Part shown: piece after piece, positions 1 through 13,337 of the stretch | Numbering within the stretch: the stretch's first letter is position 1 | How the letters are laid out: every line of letters begins with the position of its first letter | From: Octopus sinensis | Taxonomy: Eukaryota | Assembly: GCF_006345805.1 (NCBI RefSeq) | Contig: NC_043000.1 | Coordinates: forward strand, 160,270,001-160,334,000 | Direction of reading: 5' to 3' | Length of the DNA stretch: 64,000 nt | Made by a program: the position numbers and the translations under genes | The notes under the pieces: generated by a model | Told to the model about the DNA's origin: nothing | The model's database searches: none | Seen by the model: only the letters and a program-made list of their open reading frames with translations

Positions 1-197
1 GATCAACCTGTTTGGAGTACGGGTTAACATTGATGGTTCACGGTCTGGAACGACCTCGTTGTGGATTATCTATCTCCTGTTAATTCCACTGGATGCAGCA
101 ACACCTTGTATTCGAAATGCCCATATTTGGTGCCAGGTTCCGGAAACTGGCTCCTGCTTCACCAAAGCTTTCGCACTTTATGATTGCGGAGTAATAT

Positions 198-401
198 CAC
201 TCGTATTACTTGTTCCAATTCATGGCTCACTTCCTGTGCTCGTAACGCATCACCAACCAAGTTGTGGTAGAGTCTTCAGTAAAGGAGTTCTTTACTTCGA
301 AGAACATGAACTGTTCAATAAAAGAACAAGAAAATTGGCTTCAGATGGTGCAATACTCTGGACTCTACATTGAATGCTTGGCTTCCTTTACTGTAACATG
401 A
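198..401 (+). pseudogene. Degenerate mariner transposase C-terminal fragment
   Basis: A frame not in the ORF track reads HSYYLFQFMAHFLCS*RITNQVVVESSVKEFFTSK...ENWLQMVQYSGLYIE. This resembles the mariner C-terminus (SDYHLF...EFF.SK...RW..V...G.Y.E). Confidence 0.5.
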
Positions 402-474
402 CAAATAAAGCTAATAAGAAAGCATCACAATATCTATGATTGTGTATGTGTGTGTGATTGTGTCTGTCAGCAAT

Positions 475-578
<104 letters not shown>

Positions 579-774
579 ATATGTATAAATACATATGTAT
601 AAATATGTATGGATAAATATGTATGTATATATATATGTATGTATAAATATATATGTTTAAATCTTGTATACTATAAAGCTATCTATTATATCTAAATATG
701 TATGCATAAATATGCATGTATAAATATGTATATACAGATATGTATATATATTGACATATGTATATAGGGGGATG

Positions 775-839
775 TATATATGTATATATTATATGTCTAT
801 ATATATATGTATATATATATATATTATATAATATATATA

Positions 840-914
<75 letters not shown>

Positions 915-945
915 GTGTGTGTGTGGTGTGTGTGTGTGTGTGTGG
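775..945. repeat. (TA)n/(TG)n compound microsatellite
   Basis: Seen directly; explains the poly-YI ORFs. Confidence 0.95.
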
Positions 946-2602
946 TTATAGTTGAATTCACTGAAAAACAGAAGACGAAGACAGATCAGATGTATAAACA
1001 ACAAACAGGTGTAATAGATTGACGCTGTATTAGTTTTGGCAAAAGTCATCCAGACCTACAAAGCCTCTTCTCACTAACTGGACAGCTCTTAACTTCTCAA
1101 CGTTTAGAATATTATCATTCAAACAAAGTAGGATAACTCCATTCACCTTTCATCCTGTACCGCCTTCCAAACATCACAATCAACTTTGTAGAATCTTCCC
1201 ATTCTCCACTACACATCATAATGTTTTGCTCCATGAGCAGTGTCCAGTAGAATAAAGTTTCTCGTAGATTCGAACCAGTCACTGGCCTACAAGCTTATCA
1301 CCCTCCACTGTCTCGTTACTGCTGATACATTAGCCTCTACATGCTGACCACATGCAACCCAACTTAGGCACTCTCAACATAGCTGTAAGTCTCTCACCAA
1401 CCAATGATATTTCCAGCCTCCAAGAGCCTGTTCCTAGCTAAGTCCCCTAGCTTCATGCCCTCATTCTAATTCCAGCTCCTCCCATGCCATTTCCGCTGTC
1501 GTCAACTTAGAGAATTTGAGCGGAATATTAAAGTACTCGTGAAACAGGTCTCGATGACCCTACAAAAGCTATGGATACTGTCATTTCCTCAATACTAAGC
1601 TATTAAAAGAAATAGCTTAGCGAGCAAATATGGTATTTCAAATAATTTCATTAATAACGCTGAACAGTCATTTCATAACCAGAAATCTATAAATTCGTAT
1701 CATTATATCAATGAGTAGAATACCGTACAGTAACACTTCAAATACAGTTTGAATTCTTATAGAATATTAATGACATGTTTGACAGTATATTAACTTAGGA
1801 AGCAACAATAATATTTCAAGAAATGTAAGAACATTACAATTTCTCCGTCTGATTGGCCTCATATATCTTAGAATCGAAACAATGTGAAATTAAGAAAAGT
1901 ATAGATGGCAAATATTTTTGTAACAAATCAAACATCTGTTATGTTCTAGCATTCTAAATTCTAAATTCTACAAACATTGAAAAGCTCTTAATCCATCAAA
2001 CATTGATAACATGAGTAAAATTCTTAAGAGGATTTATTGAGATATGATAGAACTTATCTATGTGTGAAAAAAATATCAAAGATGTTCGCAGCTAGGAATG
2101 TAAATTAAACGCGCAGAAATTTTATAACCATCCTCCAGTTTCTCTCTGTCATTGGGTGCGTTTCTGTGCGAGTGTAACCATATGAATAATGAGTTTTATG
2201 CAGCACTTTGAAATGCGGATAGATATGTATGGCCAATTAAGTATCTATCAACCAACGTATCAATTATAAACTGCCTATCCAATCTTAATATTTATTTTAG
2301 TGTGAGGTTATTTGGTGAGTGTAGACTTTTCATAGCCTAGCCTTATATAATTTGAATCTGGTTATATGCATCTTATGGAAAAGATGAAGGCTAAGTTACA
2401 TTTTCTCGTTAACTCATTAAAGTATACTGTATACATTTTTTTGCATTGAGCCCTCTCGTAATCTATGATATTCTCAGATATATGCTGGGTATATTCCATG
2501 TAAACATATGTGTGCGCGTGTGTGTACTTGTGTGCGTGTGATTTGCGTTGGTCTGTGTAGGCAGGCAGGCGCAATAAAAACCGTATAGGCACATAAATAT
2601 AT

Positions 2603-2675
<73 letters not shown>

Positions 2676-3459
2676 GGAGAGAGAGATTAATGTAGATAGT
2701 GAATGCTAAAATACTTGGGATACGTGGAAAACATCTTGATTAATAGAATTCTAATTTAACTTCAATCATATGAGATAAATATAAATTCGTGTTTAGATAT
2801 GTAAAAGAAATAATTCCGCTAGATTTTGTCGTTGCACACGTTGGATGTTGGTTTGGGTAGAGAAATATACAAGTCAAATTTATGATTGAATAGTAAAGAT
2901 GATAGTAATCTGCCTGTAATCTGCAATGCTATGTTATTACATTGCTCTTGTTAGTTTTAGCTAAGCATTTATCGTAATTGGTGATAGCACCAAAGATAAT
3001 GTAGATATGTATGTGTTGTTCTTTAGTGCATTCTTTTAATGTTGTTGTTGTTTCTTGTTTTGTGTTTGTTGTTCCCTTCATGCCTATCTCACCGAAACAA
3101 CAATTCATCTCCGTCCCAGAGGACTACCAAATTGTGTCAGCTTTGATCATCACATCATATTTTTAAACGTTACACGTGAAGCTGCATTGGGAAATATGTC
3201 ACTGCATCTTGTGTGGTTGGGGGTGGCTGCTATATTCCACCCGTGGTAGTATCAATATTTATTTGCTTGGAGTTAGGAGAATGCAACTGTAAATTCCTAG
3301 TCTAGGTTTTTAAAAACTATCAACACTGGTTGGTTATTAAGTAAACAACTGTCAATGGGCCGGGTTCAAAATATTACCGAGAAAGATATATTTCATAATC
3401 GAGTTTCGACAAAATAGCGCACGGGGCTACGAAATAGAGATTGTCGAAATACATACATT

Positions 3460-3602
<143 letters not shown>

Positions 3603-3999
3603 ATGTATATAAGGAGAAAGAGGATTCGAAGACTACAGATCTAAGTCATCACTGGAACTGTAAATATCTGCAAACCTTTTCAGAATTTTATCATTTAACC
3701 ATATATGAGCATGTATAGACTATATGCAACTATATGCATAAAAATGCATACATAAAACAAAACATAAAAAATTGCACATACAAATCTGCACACATGCATA
3801 CAAACATACAAATAGAATATAACCAGTTGAAATTCAAAGAGCCTTAGATCTTGTTTAGGAAACGGCTCTTTCTCTATTAACAAGAAATGTTTATATGAAA
3901 CTGAATATGACATAGATAATGCTAGCTCTGTGTCGGTTACAACGATGAGTGTTCCAACTGATGCGATCAACAGAATAACCTACTCGGGAAATTAACCTG

Positions 4000-4228
4000 C
4001 AAGGTCAAAAACTCCACAGAAACGCATACCATTACCGTCGTTGTAAGAGAGACTCAGCATGACATACAATGTGTCAAGCCTGTCTCCTTGAATTCGAAGT
4101 ACAGCTCATTTTAACAGCTGAGTGGACTGGAGCAATGAGAAGAAAAATTGGCTTGCTGAAAGACACAATGCGGCGCCGAGTATCGAACATATAACGTTAC
4201 GAATGTGAGCCGAATAACCTAACCAATA
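4000..4228 (-). mobile_element. Decayed tRNA-derived SINE
   Basis: Minus strand reads TGGTTAGGTTATTCGGCTCAC...GTTCGATACTCGG (A/B-box-like head), followed by a body similar to the copies at 26536 and 53020. Confidence 0.65.
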
Positions 4229-5871
4229 ATTCATGCACCATCATACATATATACATACATGCATACACACACATTCATACATAAATATACACACATATAT
4301 ACATGTATACATTCATGTATGCACACGCATACACACTCATGCACATACATAAATACATAGATATATGCGTAAGCTAGAGGACAACAACAACATTGACAGG
4401 AAGAGTGAACTCTTCTGGACCTGCAATGGATTCGTTACAACCCACCTAGAGGGACTTACCTTCGCTATCAAGTTATAAGAAATATCTACTAAATACTTGA
4501 TAAACTAGAGATAAATATCAATCAAACCTCCAATTTGTGATAAAATATGTCAGCTCTGCTTATCCAGTGTAGAATATATCACCCATATCACAAGCAGCTG
4601 CTCCATAATGTCTGCCTCTGAGGCAATATGTAGTTGCAAAGACTATTTGCAATGCCATCCATAGGAAGGACTACTATGCCGTATTCGTCAAAGGCATATC
4701 AGAACAAGCAGATATTCACTGCTTAAAAACAAGTAATCTTGGTGGAACACCCCACTAAAATCATCTATTCGGTGCAAACATACCAGAGAACAAAATTCAT
4801 ACACTGTCGTAGCAGACAGCTGCCCAGCAGATGTGAATGCGCGATCAAATGGAGCCGAATCTCCACATCGAATCTGTTAGTGGCACAACGAATATATGTA
4901 AGACATTCCTTAGAACTTTCATTGTGAGATACTTATGTAAATAGATGCAAATACTTGGGTGTACCTATCGACAGTTCAATCAATATACAAACTCAACCAC
5001 ATAATTAGAAACACTGGGAATTTTCTTTACTCAAAAGTCTTGTTGCTTTGTTAACGACCGGCTCGAACTCTCTGAAGAACTGAAATTAAACTCGAAGAAA
5101 AATCATATATAAGTAACAGGAATAATAACCAATTGTAAAACTTAAAAATTGATCCCGGATCACCAGAGAAAAAATGGACAAAAGACAACTGAAGGACACG
5201 ATTGTCATTCACTAAAATATTACTAGCGTCGTCAAAAAATCTGATAATTAGAGAATTCATGTGAAACCGGATCTCATATCAATAACATCTATGACGTACA
5301 TTTTCTCATTAAGATAATCACTATATATTCAGCGAAGTTTGGCCAGTAGAATCAGACTGCAAACAGACGGAGAGAAACAACAGGCAGTCATTGTGAACCA
5401 GCAACTGACCAAAGCAATACAAGAACAGTGGACGGCAGCGGCAACAACACACCGTAACCAACCAGCATCAAGAAACTACCGACTGCAACTAGTAGCATAC
5501 TTAGTCCAACATCACTAAGCTTCGGACTATCTCGGTGTAAACATTATTTCTTTGTCTTTCGTAGTAACGTCAGCAATTATTTTGTTAACGATAAAACCAT
5601 ATTTCTGCATTAAGAATCCCATGAGAATTTCTGCTCTTTATCGTAACACATACATTATTTTGCTCAAGTCAGTCTCTTACTACACTTAATTTCCCTTGTG
5701 GGTACACAAGGTTTTCTTGCAAGAAACATAACGTTTTTGAAGATGCCGAACACCCACTTATAAAACGTTGGGTAGCAAGAATCTGACTTGACCAAAATAT
5801 AGATATGCGCAAGGTCAGAAATTTTGTCGGGAGGAGGCAAGTCGAATACATCGATTACAGTGCGCAACCGA

Positions 5872-6055
5872 TTCTTCTTCTTCTTCTTCTTCTTCTTCTT
5901 CTTCTTCTTCTTCTTCTTCTTCTTCTTCTTCTTCTCCTCCTCCTCCTCCTCCTCCTCCTTCTTCTTCTTCTTCTTCTTTTTCTTCTTCTTCCTATACTTT
6001 TTCTTCTTCTTTTCTTCTTCTTCTTCTTCTTCTTCTTCTTCTTCGTCTTTTTCTT
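5872..6055. repeat. (CTT)n/(CCT)n trinucleotide tract
   Basis: Seen directly; source of the poly-K/E/L/F ORFs. Confidence 0.97.
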
Positions 6056-7139
6056 CATGCGACTTAACAGAGCGTCGCTGCATCCACCTTTTTATTAGTG
6101 ACAACTTTACACGGCTCAGGGGCCAACTCTCCAACCTATGGTCCATTGATTGCTGATGACGGTTTTACGAGATCGGAGTGCCAATCTTACCTCAAGCTCT
6201 TTTAGACGCCTTTTACGACACGCAGAGGAAACATTCGATCTATTCTTTGATATACTTGTCCCCACACTTCTGTTGTGAAATAGTTCCGTCATGTAATCTG
6301 ATTTCGAAAATGGATAAGGTAATCGAATACGATAATTGTATTAACTTTTGTTCCGTTTTGGAAAATCTGTTTAGTTAACTATCCTTTCTTATTCGGCCTG
6401 CTATTCATTGTAAACCAACTTTTTAATCATTGGTGATTTTGCTACAAATATTTAGAAATGAATATAATAATTCGTCCAAATTTTATTGATATGATGTTAT
6501 TGGATGACGACTTTTTTGTCACATGAATCAGCTCAAATTCGAAGTAATTTGGGGTAACTTGCGCTTTGCTCGACCCTAGATCTACTTTATTCAAAATAAC
6601 CTATATTCAAAGGTTATAACGAAATAACCCAGGATTGTTTTCTATTGAGGTTTTCTCAGAAAAAATTATCTATTATCGTACGTGTTAGATAATAAGTCTA
6701 TTTTGCATGATGTTAAAGGGAGATAAAATTGAGATTGGATAGTTGTTCCACAAACATAAATTTGATTGAAAGAATACTTTCGAATGATAGCCGTGGCAAT
6801 TGACTTGGAGATAATTTCAACCTACGAAAGTTAAAAGGCAAAGTTGATCTCTGCATAATGAGTCGTCACTAAATACAGCCTGGGACGAAATCTTGCCATC
6901 GATTCCTTCTGCCATATATCTAAACAATGCAATCTGCATATTTTATTATTTATGTTCCACTGCAGCCGACAGAATAGTCACTAGTGGTTTGATTATGTCA
7001 ATTGAAACTAAAGTACTGCATTGTTTAGAAAACAATTACCTTGGGACATAGTAAGATAATTAGTTTCTTGCTGTCAATACTAGTTTGCAATAACAGGCTA
7101 GGACTTATCTTCTTTTCAGTCTTATATAGCCGCAAGCTT

Positions 7140-7273
7140 AGTGGTAAGCACTTGGCTTCTGACGCATGTGGTTTCGGGTTCAGTCCCTTTCGTGCGGTAC
7201 TTCTTTCTTGTGCTGGATTGATCGAAACCTCGTGTGTTGATTTGGCAGACAGAAATTGAATGAAACCCGACTT

Positions 7274-7275
<2 letters not shown>
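7140..7275 (+). mobile_element. Decayed SINE fragment (same family as 48038/50324)
   Basis: GTGGTAAGCACTTG...TTCGGGTTCAGTCCC...GATTTGGCAGACAGAAATTGAATGAAACCCG matches the cleaner copy at 50324-50730. Confidence 0.6.
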
Positions 7276-7304
<29 letters not shown>

Positions 7305-7360
7305 TATATATGGAAAAAGTCGAGATAGAAAATGCTAAAATAATTTTATAAAAATCAATT

Positions 7361-7396
7361 CAGTACCGGTTTCAGTCATTGAGACTTTTTCAACTG
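7361..7396 (-). ncRNA. Minimal type I hammerhead ribozyme motif, U3-A8 core variant
   Basis: Minus strand: CAG [UUGAAAA] AGUC-ucaau-GACU [GAAA] CCGG U A / CUG. Stem I is CAG:CUG, stem II is 4 bp, stem III is the palindrome ACCGGU, and the cleavage triplet is GUA. Confidence 0.6.
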
Positions 7397-7491
7397 TAAG
7401 TATGGAAAACAATTAAATTTCGGAAAAATGAAAAGAAACGGTTTTTTAAAAGAATATCTACATAGTGTTCAAATTAAAGTCGTATTTTCCT

Positions 7492-7555
<64 letters not shown>

Positions 7556-7557
<2 letters not shown>

Positions 7558-8260
7558 CATGGTACATTCAAAAAGATTTTAGACATCTTTAGGAGAAACT
7601 TATTTTGGAAGAAGTACAAAATTCTAATCGCCTTAACGGTAGGATTCTCTGACGGCAATGCACTTGTTGTAATGCTCCAGATTAGTGAAGGCTCCATGGA
7701 AGTCTTCCAGAGTAAAAGTGTCCCTGCTCCTTGCTACAGCCACGGTCATTTTCTTAATGTCAGCAAAATGACTGCCACTGAAGTTCTTCATTTTGGGAAA
7801 AACACCAAAAATTACAGGCTGCAAGTCATAGACTCTATGGAGGGTGGGCGACAATTTTTACGTTTCTCTCTGCCAAGTAGTTGGTTACCAGAATGGAATT
7901 ATGGACCTGTGCATTGCCTTGATGCAGGTGCAACAGAACCGAGTGAAAAAGTTCCAAACTTTTGTGATGGAATCTCTTAATGGACTCCTTCAAAATCTCC
8001 ACAAATTACTCTTTGTTGACCTCTTGGTCTGAGGAAACCCAATGGATGTACATAGATGCAAATGCGGTCGAAAAAGTGGATCATCATGAGCTTCCCGGTG
8101 GACTAACTTTGCCTGGACTTCTTAGGGCATAGAGTACAATAATGCTTCCATTGGTGCTTGATTACTGTGTTCACTTTGGAAATCTATCAAGATTTGTATA
8201 TATTCGCCATTTCACTATACCTGAATTTCATCAAATCTAGTCTTTATCCAATTCATTTCA
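7556..8260 (-). mobile_element. Mariner transposon relic (3' half of transposase plus right TIR)
   Basis: Minus strand across frameshifts: KKSRQS*STGKLMMIHFFD...VNKE*FVEILKE...LHQGNAQVHNSILVTNYL...IVAHPP...CNFW..PKMK...EDFHGAF...YNKCIA (DD34D C-terminal half). A TIR-like TACATGGTACATTCAAAAAG lies at 7556. Confidence 0.88.
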
Positions 8261-8573
8261 CTCGCTTACCACTAAGTGGCTATAATTTGTGCATAAGTTT
8301 CTGGGATTAGGCTTCCATTTGTCCGCGATCTCTGCTTCCAGCACTATCGGTTTGCATGAATTGGATGTGGAACTAGTTCTCTTCAATTATTTGTTCTTCT
8401 TTCTGTTCTGATATATTTGTACATTAATCAATATGTATGTATGTCAGTGAAGGATATCATGTGATTTCATTACTTACCCACACAGAAATATTAAAGCCAT
8501 TCCAACAGCTGCACTTGCACTGAAATCGAGCCAGGAGATAGCTCACTTAGTAGAGTGGTGGACAGTAGTGTGG

Positions 8574-8607
<34 letters not shown>

Positions 8608-8772
8608 CATACACCACACGCTATGTGAATTAGGAATTAAAAAGTAGAAGATGCATCGATGGCAGAGAGAGATCATAATGATGGAGTTAAAAGTCAGAGA
8701 AATACTAAGGATAAATTTGCTTTAAGAGTTCTAACGAAATGTCTATAGATGCTTATAGCACAATATATGATG

Positions 8773-8860
8773 TATTTCGACGGCCGTTTCTGGAGTCTAT
8801 TTGTCTACAAGTTATGAATCCTTCAATTTCAACTGACAATGTCCCCTTCATCAGGAAATA
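8773..8860 (-). ncRNA. Type I hammerhead ribozyme motif with long stem II (Penelope pLTR type)
   Basis: Minus strand: UAUUUC [CUGAUGA] AGGGGAC..UUGUC..GACAA..GACUCCA [GAAA] CGGCCG U C / GAAAUA. Stem I is 6 bp, the core is canonical, stem III is the palindrome ACGGCCGU, and the triplet is GUC. Confidence 0.75.
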
Positions 8861-11408
8861 AGAGAAATAGATATCAAGGTTCGAAGAAATATAAGAGACA
8901 GGAGAATTTAAGGGTACATTATGTTGGCTGTCGGTTATTGGATCATATACCGACAACTTTTACAATGATTCGCGCTTGTACATGTAAAGAATTTTTTTTT
9001 GTGTAGGATGATGGGAGACCAAAAACTTTTGGGAGTTACGGATAATGGCGAAAACATTTTTAAAAAACAATTCTTGGTAATAATTAATTAAGAATAGAGG
9101 GAAAACAGAGCTGCAAAATCATTCCCTATATCGCGTCTTATACTTAAGGGACTGAACACCAATTATAGAAATGTCAAATACTCTACTCTGCGATGCATTA
9201 ATTATGCTTTACTAATGAAGTAAAACAAGATTGGAATACACTGCCGTTTTTATCATTTGGTTTTAAAGAACAGATTCGAACCTAACTCTACTTATTTAGA
9301 AGCAAAGTGGATTAACTGAAAGGTCAGGTTATTTTTAGATTTCAAAAACTCCTACAATTTTCTGTGTTCCCATGACAAAGATAATCTCAGATTATCGAAA
9401 GTTTTCTACTTACTAGATATAGTACACATACAAGATTAACATATCCGTCCTTTACTAAGGATTTCTCTCCATAACAGTCCTTTACTCAGAATTTCTTCTC
9501 ATATCAGATATTCTATCTGTAAGCAAACACCAAGAAATTTCTCAAAATTATGCAGTTATTTGTTTCTGTTGTTGCTGCTATTGTAGTTATTGTTCTTCAG
9601 TCCTAAGGCAGATCTAAATTTCAATGAACTAGGAACCTACATATCTCTATAGAACTTCAGTTTGTAGAATTCTGGTGATTCTGTTAGAATAAAAATTGTG
9701 TTTAGACGTGAATCTTGTTGTTGTTGTTGTTGCTCTCGTTATTGCGTCCGTCGTTGTTCTTGGCACTCCTCTTAATACTGTAGGTGCCGTTGGTTGTATT
9801 TCGATACTGATTGAGAAATCCTATGACCAAATGAATTTCTGCTCCGATGAAGTCGTATTTTTGTATATAAAATACGTTTGCCTCTAACTTCTTCCTTTTT
9901 GCAGAACCATATGTTTTTCAATTTAAGTGGCGCTTTACTAATACGACTTGCAGTATGACTGACTCTCTAGAAGCTTTTTCTCTCAGACCTAAACATCATT
10001 CGGCTCGGTGCCTTTTACGAAAACGTACGTTGTTTCTGAAAATTTATTTATAGAAGTGGTTTGCTATTTAAACACGAAGTATCATTATGTAGTCTATAGT
10101 TCTCTAAATGATTCATTGCTGCAGCGCTGCTATAGCAATTACGATAACAAGATTCAACAATCTCCAGCATTGTAAATGAATCAATATCAATATCAGAAAT
10201 AATACACTAAAACACCAATAGATGTGTAAGTTTTAAAGCAAACATAAATTATACTTATCGATAAACGAAACTAATAACCTTGAATCATAATCAATTCTAC
10301 AATCACGCAACGGTCTGTGCAAAAACATATCCACACAGCTATAAACAAACATCATTTTCTTTCTCAAAGTCTACTTCTGAGGATTCAATAACTGAACAAC
10401 CTTCTACGTAATTTCACTGAAATACAGCAGTTCATGGTTTTATTTTAATATTGAGATATATAGATAAATAGATAAAATGGGTTGAAAACGTGTGCTGATT
10501 TCTAAAACGGTAAAAGTGTAAACAACACATTTTAAAGGGTGACTTAATAGCAGTTAGAAACTAAAGGCACTCGCCGCTAGCGGCTTTTCCCAACAAATAG
10601 AATGCATTCATAACACCAGGCTCAAACAATACATATCTCAAATCACATCTCAAACACACACCAACCATCACAATCGCAACCAACCACACACACCCGTCGA
10701 TGGAACCCTGGCAGGTCTTACACCTAGGCAACCTAGACCCAACAGACATTCATTTAACACTAAGTCAAAAACGAAAACAGCTAAAACAGCTAAAACAGCT
10801 AACAACAACAGGCCTCGCCACTCACATACATTCTCCAAAAATATAGATAGCACTCCTTTATCTAAAAACCTAGATAGCACTACTATACCCGCTAAAAAAT
10901 AGCGGCGGACGCTCTATTCTATGGCACACACTCCCATTCTCACTTAACGCTAATAATTTAGCTAAATCCTTCTTTAAAATACTAGACTGTGACTTCTTCT
11001 AACTTCCCTATCTTTAATCGACCCACCCTAAATCTATCTTATTCTACCCCACCCATCTTCAAATCTATTGTAGCAGCCTCTAATAAGCAAAAGCTTTCTC
11101 TTTACTAGCAACACTCACATAATTACAACTCTAGTCATAGGAACATTCAACACAAACACACCTCCAGCACAGATACCCTTACATTAGACCACAACCCAAC
11201 CCATCCTACTAACGCTGCCCTGAACACCACCACAATCTCTAACACCCTTACAAATAGTACAATTAATAACAAAAATTTTAATGATAACAATGATGGTAAT
11301 GATAACGCTAATAATACTAATAATCTAGAATCTACCCCCGTCTCTAACCTCTCCTCTGAAGATATTACATCCTCTATTCTCGAACACATTCTCCGAAATT
11401 CACCTAAT

Positions 11409-11828
11409 TGCAATTGTCATCTTAGAACCATCTGCCCGTTACAAACCCATTGCAGACGATATAATGTAATTTACACATGCACCGCCATTAATCTATTACT
11501 CAACTCTACAGCCATATACATAGGATCAATCAAAAATTTTAAGCACCGATATGACGCTCACCTCCATTCTTATAGATACGATAAACATAGTCAATCTACA
11601 CCACTCGTCAACCACATGCATCATATCAAAAATACAAATATACCCTATAATCTATCATGGTTCATACAGGTTTCAGGGCTTCCCTACTGATGTCAATGCT
11701 CAACCAGCAAGTTTTGTCCGAATGAGGCACTTCACAAATTAAAGCACAACTCTCCAGCACTGCTAAATAAACATAACGAGTCTCTAAGCACATGCAACCA
11801 CCGCTTTTTTCACGCATACAAATTCTAA
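11409..11828 (+). pseudogene. GIY-YIG endonuclease domain of the Penelope-like element (one internal stop)
   Basis: Hand translation shows a CNC..CPL..C Cys cluster, VIY and YIG motifs, the catalytic R..H and a C-terminal LLNK.NE..C.HR. There is an in-frame TGA near 11688. Confidence 0.85.
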
Positions 11829-12870
11829 TACAAATCCAAAAGCCTGAACGACCATACATTATATTTCCACAGTACCCCTTAGGTGATCCCAATAAACTTA
11901 TAAATCTACATTTTGTCTCCTAATCTCACTCATATTCGAATATCACAACCATCTAATTATATACGTGTGCATATCAGTGCATGCATATGTGCGTGTATAT
12001 ATATGTGTGTGTATGTGTGAATGTATGTATGCAAAGTATATATACCAGCATGTACAGGGGCTATTATACATACAGATACACGTATATATGGGTGAGCATG
12101 TGTACATATACATATGAGTACGAGTTGTATATGAACATATTGATATTTATAGATATCTATATAAATATATACATAAATGTCTAATATATGCATCTTCACA
12201 TATATATTTTCTTCCACTACTAAGCACTGACCTGCCCAACCACCTACTCTATATTCCTAAATTATTCATTCCACCATATTACTACTCAATTCTCTGCCCC
12301 ATCACTTAGACTCTATCCCTACAAAACTGACACTCCTTTACCTTTTACACTGTTATACCTCTCTCTCTCTCAATCACCAGCATTCCTTCTATCTGACACT
12401 CCTTTATTCTTTACCCTGTCATCTTTTTACATCCTCATCTCCCCATTCCTACTTTCAAGTTATCTTGTCTGACCACTATCTTGAACACTTTCCGTTTTCA
12501 TCTCTTTATTATCTCTCTCATTGTTTTTCTTTTTTTCTTTCTCTTTCTTTACTCTCTTCCTGTTTTCGATTTGACTTACAAATACATTCCCTACTTTTAG
12601 GCCACGTTAAATAAAACCTTCGATTCAATAGCACTGTGTACACATTCTATACTTGGAATGAACAATTTTAAATACCATTGGAATTTACAATAAATACTAC
12701 TGGAATTTACTCACAAGGTATTGGAATCTTATATGTATACCATTCTCCCCAAATATTGGATCTACAAATGCAATATACCAGCATGTCGCACATCTATTTT
12801 CATTCCTCCACTTCATTCTCCATTTCTTATCTTATCTAAATTAACTATTGCTTAACCATCTTCTCACACC

Positions 12871-12918
12871 GTCTCCGATGAAGGAATATAATAAATATCC
12901 TGGAAACAGTTGTAAGAC
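12871..12918 (+). ncRNA. Type I hammerhead ribozyme motif, CCGAUGA core
   Basis: GUCU [CCGAUGA] AGGAAUAU-aauaa-AUAUCCU g [GAAA] CAGUUG U A / AGAC, with a near-palindromic stem III (ACAGUUGU). Confidence 0.65.
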
Positions 12919-12976
12919 CTATTTATAAATGTTCTATAACATTCGCAGCCTTGGTTTCTTTATCTCATTCTAGAAA

Positions 12977-13016
<40 letters not shown>

Positions 13017-13206
13017 GATGAGTGTATTTTACCTTGTTAACAATTAACACGGATAAATGAATGAATAGTTACCAGGGCAGCAAAAATCTCACAAGTAAAG
13101 ATGTTGTAACTCCTTGTTTATAAAGGTTGAAACTTCGTGTTTACGTTGAATATTTGAATAATATGAATAAAAAATGGAGTTAACGCAGGTTTAAACAAGT
13201 ATTTTT

Positions 13207-13293
13207 ACTTTCTACATATGTTTCAAAAATTCCACTGATACTTATTCAAAAGAATAAAAGGTATAAACAATGCAATCTTCTCTTCGGGAAAGT
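13207..13293 (-). ncRNA. Type I hammerhead ribozyme motif with long stem II, CCGAAGA core
   Basis: Minus strand: ACUUUC [CCGAAGA] GAAGAUU..AUUG..AUAC..UUAUUC-uuuu-GAAUAA GUAU CAGU..AAUUUUU [GAAA] CAUAUG U A / GAAAGU. Stem III is the palindrome ACAUAUGU. Confidence 0.7.
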
Positions 13294-13337
13294 GAAAAAA
13301 CGAAACTTGTCAGTCTAATTGTAAATTCAATTACATA

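Larger units (their letters stand above)
10561..12975 (+). mobile_element. 5'-truncated Penelope-like retroelement (linker, GIY-YIG endonuclease, pLTR with HHR)
   Basis: Reads LKALAASGF, then RSILWHTLPFS..LAKSFFKILD, LNLSYSTPPIFKSIVAASNKQKL, and CNCHLRTICPLQTHC..NVIYTC...IYIGSIKNFKHRYDAH..ST.L.NH...YNLSW...LLNKHNE..STCNHR. A pyrimidine-rich 3' region ends in an HHR motif. The RT core is absent. Confidence 0.85.

Noticed and set aside
5233-5280. CTGATAA...GAAACCGGATC possible hammerhead
   Set aside because: There is no stem I complementarity, and the core has a C3/A8 mismatch.
6146-6186. GATTG-CTGATGA...CAATC hammerhead-like stretch
   Set aside because: It has GAGA instead of GAAA, no convincing stem II and no UH before the putative stem I.
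9704-9903. Stop-free minus frame (AKRKKLEANVFYIQKYDFIGAEIHLV...) as a possible host exon
   Set aside because: It has no start codon or convincing splice acceptor, no recognisable homology, and runs into an (AAC)n repeat.
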